A stretch of DNA of 64,000 nt from Candidatus Blautia faecavium (GTDB taxonomy: Bacteria; Bacillota; Clostridia; Lachnospirales; Lachnospiraceae). A program made the position numbers and the translations under genes. Position 1 is the stretch's first letter, and every line of letters begins with the position of its first letter. Shown piece after piece: positions 27,346 to 35,157 of this stretch. A model generated the notes under the pieces. That model ran no database searches and was not told the origin of the DNA. It saw only the letters and a list, made by a program, of their open reading frames with translations. Location of the stretch: positions 2,623 to 66,622 of the forward strand of contig DWYZ01000158.1 of the NCBI GenBank assembly GCA_019118425.1, read 5' to 3'.

Positions 27346-27969
27346 ATGAAACAGTGGGATAAACTGGTATCCTGGGCAGTGGAAATTCAGAGTATCGCTC
27401 AGGCAGGACTTACATACGGACAAGATCTTTATGACAAGGAACGCTATAGGCGCCTTCGGGAAATAGCCGCGGAGATGATGGCATGGAAAACAGATCTGCC
27501 CGTAGAAAAAGTAACCACTCTTTTCTGCAATGAAACCGGTTTCCAGACTCCTAAGTTAGATACCAGAGCAGCTGTTTTTAAGAAGGGAAAAGTTCTTCTT
27601 GTCCGGGAAAACAATGGTACTTGGGCTCTTCCGGGAGGATGGTGCGACGTGCACCTGTCTATAGGAGAAAACACAATAAAAGAAACCTTTGAAGAGGCAG
27701 GCCTGCATGTCACCGCGGACCGTCTCATCGCCGTACAGGACAGGAATAAGCATAATGAACCTGTTTATGCTTATGGCGTCATAAAAACTTTTATTCTTTG
27801 TTCTGTTATAGACGGAACCTTTGCAGAAAATATAGAGACCACAGAAAGCAGATATTTTTCTAAGGAAGAGCTCCCGGAAAATCTAGCTTTGGAAAAAGTA
27901 ACCAAAGAACAGATCCTTATGTGTTTTAGGGCCTATGAAGACGAAAACTGGAAAGTTTTGTTTGATTAA
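27346..27969 (+). CDS. Nudix hydrolase with N-terminal Nudix_N-type domain
   Basis: Nudix box GGWCDVHLSIGENTIKETFEEAGL. The first box Glu is Leu and the box Arg is Lys. 207 aa. Confidence 0.8.
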   Translation: MKQWDKLVSWAVEIQSIAQAGLTYGQDLYDKERYRRLREIAAEMMAWKTDLPVEKVTTLFCNETGFQTPKLDTRAAVFKKGKVLLVRENNGTWALPGGWCDVHLSIGENTIKETFEEAGLHVTADRLIAVQDRNKHNEPVYAYGVIKTFILCSVIDGTFAENIETTESRYFSKEELPENLALEKVTKEQILMCFRAYEDENWKVLFD

Positions 27970-27972
27970 TCC

Positions 27973-28019
27973 AGAAAGGGCCTGCTGCACTAATTCATCA
28001 AGTGCAGCAGACCCTTTCT
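27973..28019. terminator. Bidirectional terminator between the Nudix gene and the convergent permease gene
   Basis: Long stem AGAAAGGGCCTGCTGCAC / GTGCAGCAGACCCTTTCT (one mismatch), flanked by A/T runs. Confidence 0.8.
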
Positions 28020-28050
28020 TTATTTAAAATGTTTCAAAAGAAAAATCAAA

Positions 28051-29424
28051 TCATATTAAAAACAACGCCACGATTCCTGTGACCACAATTCCGCTGATCA
28101 CAGGGATCATATTTTTACGGGCAAGCTCACTGGGTGAGATGCCGCAGATCGCTGCCACAGGAACAACGCCCCATGGGATGATAGTACCGCCGCCTACCCA
28201 GATCGTGGTAATCTGTCCAAGAGCAGCGAGACTTGCTGTATTCAGCCCGGTAGTCGCAGCGAAGGTGCCGGCAATGGAGCCCACCAAAGGCAGACCGGAA
28301 AAGCCGGAACCGTCCAGACCGGTAATAATCCCTACTACAATCTCGATGATCACACAAAATACTCCGTTTACCGGAACATGTTCGGAAATAAAATAGCTGA
28401 TATCATTTAAAATAGCCGGCGCCCCTTCTCCGAAAACAGAGGTGGCATACTGCTCGCTTCCAAGGAAGAAGAACGCCGCAATAACAAGCACAGGCGCAAA
28501 GATACGCACAGCGAAAACAAATCCTTCTTTCAGGTAATCTACCGTATCCCCCAACGCCAGCGGCAGACCGGATCCGGCAATAGTAATGATACAGGTAAGA
28601 ATCAATGCAGTTCCAGCCACAAACGCCGTAGCATCTCCCCCCTGAATATGCAGAACCACCATGGCAATGATAATGGCAATAAAAGAACAGGCAACCACAA
28701 TGGCCAAAACCTTCGCAAGGCCAGGGTTGGTAATTTCAGATTCTGCATATTCTGTACTGATCTCTTTTTCCGCAACCGGAACCTTGTTCTTCATATCCCT
28801 TTTCATCATAACAAACGATACAATGGCAACGGTAACAGACATTACCAGCCAAAGAGGAACGGACGCAGACATAACGGAAGTCACCGGAAGTTCCGCGCTG
28901 GCCGCTGTAATGGCTGGTGCTCCCTGAATGAAAAAGTCTGAAGAAAGTCCCATGCCATGGCCAAAAACATTCATCGCCACCGCAGCCCAGATAGCTGGAA
29001 GTCCCACCCGGCCAGCCACAGGCAACAGCAAAGCCCCGATCAGCACCACTGCAGGGGAAGGCCAGATCAGCCAGGAAACGATCAGCATACAGATACCGAT
29101 TCCCCAAAAGGCTCCGGATGGTCTTTTTATAATCTTCCGTACAGGGCGGATCATAATCTCATCAATTCCCACCTTATGCATAGCCTTCGACATGGCAGTA
29201 ACCAGAGCGATTACCAGCATAATACTGAACAACTCACCATTAGAAACAATAACCGCATTATTCAGCGCCTGAACAGCAGATATCACATTTCCCGTATAAG
29301 CCAGTGCAATCAGAAAGATACCTACTATGCAGGGAATAACGATCTCCTTTTTTAGAACAAGTAACGCCAGGATAATGATCGTCATCAGGATAAAAATGTA
29401 GTGCACCAGAGACAGAGTAGTCAT
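28051..29424 (-). CDS. Polytopic permease of the ion-transporter superfamily (GntP/DcuC/NhaC-like), substrate unknown
   Basis: About 457 aa with 12 or more hydrophobic segments and two-fold internal architecture. ATG 29424 (MTTLSLV) follows AAAGGAG. The family assignment is from memory only. Confidence 0.55.
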   Translation of the reverse strand: MTTLSLVHYIFILMTIIILALLVLKKEIVIPCIVGIFLIALAYTGNVISAVQALNNAVIVSNGELFSIMLVIALVTAMSKAMHKVGIDEIMIRPVRKIIKRPSGAFWGIGICMLIVSWLIWPSPAVVLIGALLLPVAGRVGLPAIWAAVAMNVFGHGMGLSSDFFIQGAPAITAASAELPVTSVMSASVPLWLVMSVTVAIVSFVMMKRDMKNKVPVAEKEISTEYAESEITNPGLAKVLAIVVACSFIAIIIAMVVLHIQGGDATAFVAGTALILTCIITIAGSGLPLALGDTVDYLKEGFVFAVRIFAPVLVIAAFFFLGSEQYATSVFGEGAPAILNDISYFISEHVPVNGVFCVIIEIVVGIITGLDGSGFSGLPLVGSIAGTFAATTGLNTASLAALGQITTIWVGGGTIIPWGVVPVAAICGISPSELARKNMIPVISGIVVTGIVALFLI

Positions 29425-29584
29425 AAGCAATCTCCTTTTTATATAACAAAATTACGGCACAGAACAACAGACGCAGAATACGGCCTTGACTGGATTCCTT
29501 CCTAATTGAAATAAAAAAAGAATAGAATTTTATGAATAGCGGGGCGCATATACCCCCTCTGACACTCTGCTCCGCCAAAGTAAA

Positions 29585-29613
29585 ATAGTAACATAGCACA
29601 GGCTGATTGTCAA
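29585..29613 (-). promoter_or_regulatory. Candidate promoter of the permease gene (TTGACA-17-TACTAT)
   Basis: Read on the minus strand, -35 is at 29608-29613 and -10 at 29585-29590. This leaves a leader of roughly 155-160 nt before ATG 29424. Confidence 0.55.
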
Positions 29614-29817
29614 TAATCAAGCTGAAAAAATATGACTTATTCCGACAAAAAATAATCTACTTTTTTTTACTAAAGATATTGACAAAAGGAAAGAAAAAAA
29701 CTAAGGTATTTTAAGAAAAACATACTGATCCTATAATCAGGAAAAGGATTTTTGCTGCTGGCCGCCGTATGACCGGCAGCTAATCGTAACAGTTTTAGTG
29801 TAAAGGAGAAATCAGCT

Positions 29818-31089
29818 ATGAAAAAAGTTGTAATCGCAGGAGGCGGCTGGTCTGGATGTGCCGCTGCAATTGAGGCAAGAAAAGCCGGCGCCCAGGTTAC
29901 TTTATTAGAGAGAACCGATATGCTTCTGGGAACTGGCCTGGTAGGCGGTATCATGAGAAATAACGGAAGATACACTGCTACGGAAGAAATGATCGCCATG
30001 GGAGGAGGTGACCTATTCCAGGTCATTGACCAAAATCTCCGTCACAAGAACATCGAATTTCCGGGCCATGCCCACGCGGATCTTTATGATGTGGCAACCA
30101 TCTGCGGATCTGTTACCAGATATATCCGTTCCCTTGGAATACAAGTATGTCTCCAGGCAAGGATAACCAAGCTGGAAAAAGACGGCGATAAGATCATCAG
30201 CATTGAGGACAGCAACGGTAATATTTATGAAGGCGATGTGTTCATTGATACCACCGGAACAGCAGGACCTATGAACAACTGTACGAAATACGGAAACGGC
30301 TGTGCCATGTGTATATTAAGATGTCCAAGCTTCGGCGGCCGGGTTTCTGTCACAGGACTGGCTGGTGTGGAAGAAATGCAGGGAAAGAAAGGCGATGGAA
30401 GCATCGGTTCCATGAGCGGCTCCTGTAAGCTTCTGAAGGAATCTCTCGCTCCGGAAATCGTAAAAGAACTGGACGAAAAAGGCGTTGTAGTCTGGCCCAT
30501 CCCGGAAGAACTCCGTGAAGACCATCTTGGGATCAAGTGCTGTCAGCAGTACGCGCTGCCACAGTTCAGAGACAATATCGTTCTCTTGGACACCGGACAC
30601 GCAAAATTGATGACCCCATTCTATGACTTAGAGACCTTGCGCCACATACCAGGATTCGAAAATGCCCGCTATGAAGACCCTTATTCAGGAGGAAAAGGAA
30701 ATTCCATGCGCTATTTTGCCATGGCTCCAAGAAGCAACGCCCTGAAAGTAAAAGGTGTGGATAATCTTTTCTGTGCCGGAGAAAAAGCCGGCCTGCTGGT
30801 AGGCCACACAGAAGCCATTGTGACCGGTGTTCTGGCAGGATACAATGCAGTTTTATACTGCGAAGGAAAAGAACCTCTTGTACTGCCGGAAAGCACACTG
30901 ATCGGCGATGCCATCGCCTTTGTAAAAAAGGAAATGGAGACCGAGGAAGGACGTTCCCGCAAATATACCTTCTCAGGTTCTGTGTATTTCGAAAGAATGA
31001 AAGAAATCGGCCGCTACAGCACCGATACGCAGGAGATACGCAGCTGGGTAGAAAAAGCCGGTATGCTCGGTGTATTTGACCAGAAATAA
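29818..31089 (+). CDS. FAD-dependent protein with GidA/TrmFO-like fold and a CxxCxxxC cluster
   Basis: N-terminal dinucleotide-binding motif VVIAGGGWSGCAAAIEARKAG. C-terminal LFCAGEKAGLLVGHTEAIVTGVLAGYNA resembles the GidA/TrmFO signature. Cys motif NGCAMCILRCPSFGG. Confidence 0.55.
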   Translation: MKKVVIAGGGWSGCAAAIEARKAGAQVTLLERTDMLLGTGLVGGIMRNNGRYTATEEMIAMGGGDLFQVIDQNLRHKNIEFPGHAHADLYDVATICGSVTRYIRSLGIQVCLQARITKLEKDGDKIISIEDSNGNIYEGDVFIDTTGTAGPMNNCTKYGNGCAMCILRCPSFGGRVSVTGLAGVEEMQGKKGDGSIGSMSGSCKLLKESLAPEIVKELDEKGVVVWPIPEELREDHLGIKCCQQYALPQFRDNIVLLDTGHAKLMTPFYDLETLRHIPGFENARYEDPYSGGKGNSMRYFAMAPRSNALKVKGVDNLFCAGEKAGLLVGHTEAIVTGVLAGYNAVLYCEGKEPLVLPESTLIGDAIAFVKKEMETEEGRSRKYTFSGSVYFERMKEIGRYSTDTQEIRSWVEKAGMLGVFDQK

Positions 31090-31136
31090 TACAGAGATAC
31101 GATTTCCCAAAACAATCTGAGCTGAACCATATTTTT

Positions 31137-31184
31137 ATAAAAAATCCGCTTTTTGCCATTTTGCGGCAAAAGGCGGATTTTTTC
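31137..31184 (+). terminator. Terminator of the flavoprotein gene
   Basis: AAAAATCCGCTTTTTGCC-attttgc-GGCAAAAGGCGGATTTTTT (one mismatch). Confidence 0.85.
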
Positions 31185-31336
31185 GGTCTGCTTACGTGTT
31201 ACTTTCCCGTTCCGATCTTTTTCAGCGACAGGTACAACTCCTACATCCACGCATACGCAGCTCATTGTAAATCACATTATCCATGGAATGGGGCTGTTCA
31301 AACTGGCGAAAGTTAATCCTTGCGTTCTGAAGTCCA
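31176..31336 (-). pseudogene. Fragment of a DUF4143-type AAA ATPase gene (C-terminal part, frameshifted, truncated)
   Basis: One frame reads DFGLQNARINFRQFEQPHSMDNVIYNELRMRG. After a frameshift the next reads VDVGVVPVAEKDRNGKVTRKQ. Together these resemble the conserved C-terminal region of DUF4143 ATPases. There is no N-terminal AAA domain and no start codon. Confidence 0.5.
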
Positions 31337-31338
31337 AA

Positions 31339-31464
31339 GTCAGTTTAGGTTTCTGCGTATGGTCTTGCTGTCCGCCACATCCAAAAAATCGGAAACAATA
31401 AAAATCGTACCGCCGGGAGCAGCTCCAATGCGGTTTTTGATCTCTTTCGCATAACCGTTTGCCA
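31339..31464 (-). pseudogene. Truncated DUF6088/AbiEi-like gene (first 41 codons only)
   Basis: ATG 31464 follows GGAGGTGG. MANGYAKEIKNRIGAAPGGTIFIVSDFLDVADSKTIRRNLN then hits a stop. This resembles the N-termini of roughly 200-aa DUF6088 (AbiEi-related) proteins. Confidence 0.45.
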
Positions 31465-31631
31465 TACGTATCCACCTCCGCTTTGTCTCGTTTATTATTT
31501 TTTATTCGAGACCCAAAACAATAGACCGTTCCCTTATCTTAAAGGCTTCCCAAGGAAAAACCTCTTTATACGTCATAGCATGATATTCAAAATAGACCTC
31601 GATAGCGAGCCTGCATTGAGTCTGCTGCTTT

Positions 31632-32501
31632 TTATTTTAATTTATTGAGCATCTCTCCAATGTCCGCATCAATGCAGATAGAACGATTCGCAATTTCTCT
31701 TGGCGCACTGGCCTCCCCGAAATTGATACATACATACGTTGCCTTCAGATTCTGATACGTCAGCTGCCAGAAAGGATATTTGATAATGCCGGGGGTATTT
31801 AATCCCACTCCAAGCTCTAGAAAAAGAACATGTGCAGTTTCATGTTTATGGATAAAATCACTATAACGTTCAGATGCGGCGTGCCATCCGTCATCTTCCA
31901 CGAAGGAAGTATCCACCCGCAAGTTCATTGTCATGGGAGCGCCGCATACCGGACATCTTGGGATCAATTCTGTCGGAATCTTCATGTCCCTTTGTTCTGC
32001 AGCCATCCGGCGTACAGCCTGCTCATTGTCATAGGTTTTCTGGTGACAGGGCTTGGAACACTGCCATAAACCATAATCTCCCTGTGTATAAAACAGACGT
32101 TTTTTATCAAATCCGGCCAGCTGAAACTGATGGTCCACATTAGTGGTAAGAACAAAATAATCTTTATCTTTTACAAATTTCAGCAGATCACAGTATGGCT
32201 TTCCCACGCCTGCCTCATAGCGGTTAATCAGGATATGACGGCTCCACCATGCCCAGTACTCTTCCAGTGTATCATAGGGATAAAAACCGCCGGAGTACAT
32301 ATCCTGTATCCCGTATTTCTCATAAAAATCAGCAAAGTTTTTTTCAAACCGCTCTCCGCTGTAAGACATCCCTGCCGAAGCGGAAAGTCCGGCTCCGGCT
32401 CCGATCACAATGGCATCGGCGGTTTCTATCTCCTGTTTCAATTTTTCAGTCTGCTCCCAGTAATTTCCGGTAAATGTAGAAATCTGTCTCTTTAAAAACA
32501 T
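31632..32501 (-). CDS. Macrodomain-linked class M sirtuin (SirTM-like, predicted protein ADP-ribosyltransferase)
   Basis: NAD-binding motifs IVIGAGAGLSASAG and LTTNVDHQF; Zn ribbon CSKPC...CPVC. YTQGDY sits where deacylating sirtuins carry the catalytic HG. ATG 32501 (RBS GAGGTG) lies 56 nt inside the upstream macrodomain ORF. Confidence 0.8.
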   Translation of the reverse strand: MFLKRQISTFTGNYWEQTEKLKQEIETADAIVIGAGAGLSASAGMSYSGERFEKNFADFYEKYGIQDMYSGGFYPYDTLEEYWAWWSRHILINRYEAGVGKPYCDLLKFVKDKDYFVLTTNVDHQFQLAGFDKKRLFYTQGDYGLWQCSKPCHQKTYDNEQAVRRMAAEQRDMKIPTELIPRCPVCGAPMTMNLRVDTSFVEDDGWHAASERYSDFIHKHETAHVLFLELGVGLNTPGIIKYPFWQLTYQNLKATYVCINFGEASAPREIANRSICIDADIGEMLNKLK

Positions 32502-33225
32502 TGAATATCACCTCTATCTTACTGTTTGTACGCTCTTTATACTCTTTTACGGTTTTCACAGCTATTTCCGCTGCTGTATCATTGGGAAAATGAAATTCTC
32601 CTGTAGAAATGCAGCAGAAGGCAATGCTTTTTATTTTATTTTGCTCTGCCAGTTCTAAACAGGAACGGTAACAGGATGCCAGCTGTACTTTATCTTTCTT
32701 TGTCAGCCGGCACCCAACAATAGGTCCAACGGTATGAAGGACATAACAGCTGGGAAGATTAAATGCCGGTGTAATTTTTGCTCTTCCTGTTTCTTCTTCA
32801 TGCCCCTGCTCCGCCATGAGCCTGGCACAAGCCAGCCGAAGCTGTACGCCCGCAAAGGTATGGATAGCATTGTCAATGCAGCCATGACAAGGAACAAAGC
32901 ACCCCAGCATTTGGCTGTTAGCGGCATTTACAATAGCATCACACTGCAATGTGGTAATGTCTCCTTTCCAGATGTAAATTTCCTTCTGGACCGGGTGCAG
33001 ATCCGCAAGGCGGGTGATCCCCTTTTCTCTGGTCTCTTCCTGTAAATAAGCATCCTGTATTTTTAAAAATTCCTGGCTGACAGGTTCAGGCAGCCGGATA
33101 TTAAACAGAGAACGGAGCAGCCTTTTCTGGCTCTCTTCACCCTCCGGGATTTCCATATTTTTATAAGCGGGCTGTTCTTTTAATAGTTCATGGAGCAAAT
33201 ACAACCGTCTTTCTATTTGTGTCAT
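32446..33225 (-). CDS. Macrodomain protein (protein-ADP-ribose hydrolase type)
   Basis: Macrodomain core GDITTLQCDAIVNAANSQMLG ... GCIDNAIH ... IAFCCISTGEFHFP behind a roughly 85-aa N-terminal extension. 259 aa. Confidence 0.85.
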   Translation of the reverse strand: MTQIERRLYLLHELLKEQPAYKNMEIPEGEESQKRLLRSLFNIRLPEPVSQEFLKIQDAYLQEETREKGITRLADLHPVQKEIYIWKGDITTLQCDAIVNAANSQMLGCFVPCHGCIDNAIHTFAGVQLRLACARLMAEQGHEEETGRAKITPAFNLPSCYVLHTVGPIVGCRLTKKDKVQLASCYRSCLELAEQNKIKSIAFCCISTGEFHFPNDTAAEIAVKTVKEYKERTNSKIEVIFNVFKETDFYIYRKLLGAD

Positions 33226-33468
33226 TTTTACCTCCTTCTGCCTGCTGCTGTCATTTCCTATACACCTCCGGTATTATCATAACGCTTATGAAGGAAATAA
33301 GAAAGTAAGCACATTATTGTGCCATAGTTACCAAAAGGAAACTATTGTGTAATTATCAGGAAATATTTTAAGGGGCTTTTGTCAAAAAACCTGCATTCTT
33401 GACTTTATTTTTCTACGGCATTATAGTATTTTATATCTTATATACACACAATTATCTGAGGAGGTCAT

Positions 33469-33801
33469 ATGACAGTGCAGACATCTAAAAAAGAGTTACC
33501 CGCTTGTCCGGTAGAAACCACCCTAACCCTGATCGGAGATAAATGGAAAGTATTGATCTTGCGGGACTTAATGCCAGGGAAAAAAAGATTCGGTGAATTA
33601 AAAAAATCCATCGGAAACGTATCCCAAAAGGTATTAACCGCACAACTTAGAGATATGGAAAACAGCGGATTGCTTACACGCACCGTTTATGCCGAAGTTC
33701 CTCCACGGGTGGAATATTCCCTTACAGAACTGGGAAAAAGCCTGAAGCCTATTCTGGATGCTATGTGGAATTGGGGAGAAGAATATAAAAGAGCACAGTA
33801 A
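33469..33801 (+). CDS. HxlR family transcriptional regulator
   Basis: CPVETTLTLIGDKWKVLILRDL...RFGELKKSIGNVSQKVLTAQLRDMENSGLLTR is a typical HxlR winged HTH. It is divergent from the macro/SirTM pair. Confidence 0.85.
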   Translation: MTVQTSKKELPACPVETTLTLIGDKWKVLILRDLMPGKKRFGELKKSIGNVSQKVLTAQLRDMENSGLLTRTVYAEVPPRVEYSLTELGKSLKPILDAMWNWGEEYKRAQ

Positions 33802-33852
33802 TGCTTTTGGTAAATCATCTTAACCACGATATGTTTAGAATCATAGCAAATA

Positions 33853-33872
33853 AGCCCGCCAAAAGGCAGGCT
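33853..33872. terminator. Weak hairpin between the convergent hxlR-type and lysO-type genes
   Basis: AGCCCGCC-aaaa-GGCAGGCT (one mismatch). Flanking U tracts are poor. Confidence 0.35.
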
Positions 33873-33909
33873 CATTCAAAAAACTTATTTTTAAATATGC
33901 AGCGTTTAT

Positions 33910-34821
33910 TTAATAACACAGTGATATAATCACGGGCACCACAGCAGAGCAAACGATTCCATTGAACATAGAAAGGACCACTGTCTCCTCATTCGTATAG
34001 CGCATCAGCATGGGCAGCGTCGTATCTTCACTCGTGGCAGCTGCCGGTGCGATACAAGTACAAGCATTAAAATGCCGCGCAAGATAAGGAATCATAAAAA
34101 AAGAGCCGATTTCCCGCATAAGATTGCTCATAAACGCAATGCTTCCCGCCTCTGCTCCCGCCAAATTGCCTATAGACACCCCAGCCAGGCTGTACCATCC
34201 CAGACCGCCAGCGATGGAGACAGCCTCCCTGACCGGATAATCCATTACCAAAGCGCACAAGACGCCTCCGGCCAGCGATCCTGCGATTATTCCCACAGGA
34301 ATAAGCAGTATCTTCACATGCTGCTGCCGAAGCGTAACTGCAATCCCCCGGTGGAGTCCCACACTAATTCCTACAGAAACCATCAGCAGACTAAGGATCC
34401 AGTCTGTATGGTCAGACAATGGTTTCAAAATTTCCGCCAGGAACGGAACCGCTCCAAGCAGGATTCCCAGTATTAGTGCGCCAAGAGCAAGAAACACCAT
34501 AGGATCGCTGTTCCCCATATTTTTACGTTTCTCATTAGAATATGCCCCTTTGTTTTCTCCTATTCCATCCATAAAGCATCTGGTCAGAAGATAAACAACT
34601 GCGACTGATAAAATTGTAGGGATCAAAAAGAACAGAAAACTTCTGAGTCCCAGACTTAAAAGCCCTGAAAAAAATCCTTCTTTCTGCCCCATTCCCACTC
34701 CCATCATGAAAATAAGGATCAGTGTACACAAAAGCTGTATACGTTCATTTAAAACTTTATATCGGATGGGAAAGACACGTCCCACCGCAAATCCAAAAAT
34801 CATAAATATAAGTGCTGCCAT
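33910..34821 (-). CDS. LysO/DUF340 family membrane protein (putative lysine exporter)
   Basis: Two DUF340-like halves, 8-9 TM segments. ATG 34821 (MAALIFMIFG) follows GGGGAAAAG. Confidence 0.65.
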   Translation of the reverse strand: MAALIFMIFGFAVGRVFPIRYKVLNERIQLLCTLILIFMMGVGMGQKEGFFSGLLSLGLRSFLFFLIPTILSVAVVYLLTRCFMDGIGENKGAYSNEKRKNMGNSDPMVFLALGALILGILLGAVPFLAEILKPLSDHTDWILSLLMVSVGISVGLHRGIAVTLRQQHVKILLIPVGIIAGSLAGGVLCALVMDYPVREAVSIAGGLGWYSLAGVSIGNLAGAEAGSIAFMSNLMREIGSFFMIPYLARHFNACTCIAPAAATSEDTTLPMLMRYTNEETVVLSMFNGIVCSAVVPVIISLCY

Positions 34822-35032
34822 TACTTTTCCCCTGCATAATTTTAGTATAAACATTCTAATGGATAACCCTAAGTTCTCATTTTATTAAAGGTTTTACTTA
34901 TTTTCAACTATTTTTTGAGTAATTTTTTTACTTTTAATAGTTTTTCTTTTTAATAAAAAATACCTTATGAATCTATATCCATAGATGTATGAGTTGTTTA
35001 ATCACAGAAAACTCTCCCCAAAAATAAAAAAT

Positions 35033-35097
35033 TAAAATCCCCCCAGAAAAAACTTCCTATTTATTCATCAAATAAGAAATTTTCTCTGAGGGGATTT
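35033..35097 (-). terminator. Long imperfect hairpin terminating the glpK-lipoprotein transcript
   Basis: Outer stem ATCCCCCCAGA / TCTGAGGGGAT (one mismatch) and inner stem TTCCTATTT / AAATAAGAA. T-rich on both sides. Confidence 0.55.
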
Positions 35098-35157
35098 TTG
35101 TAATATTAATTCCGTTTTTTCTTGGAAAACCTGTATTTATCCCTAAAAAGCCATTCC

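Noticed and set aside
27346-27969. The Nudix box deviates from consensus (first Glu is Leu, Arg is Lys).
   Set aside because: The REUxEE-equivalent glutamates (KETFEEAG) are retained. Such variation is common in Nudix subfamilies, so there is no basis for calling the enzyme inactive.
29258-29620. 120-aa minus-strand ORF reading from the permease leader into the 5' end of the permease gene, and a 118-aa ORF at 29670-30026 antisense to the flavoprotein start.
   Set aside because: Neither has an RBS. Each overlaps a better-supported gene or promoter region, and the sequences are unrecognisable.
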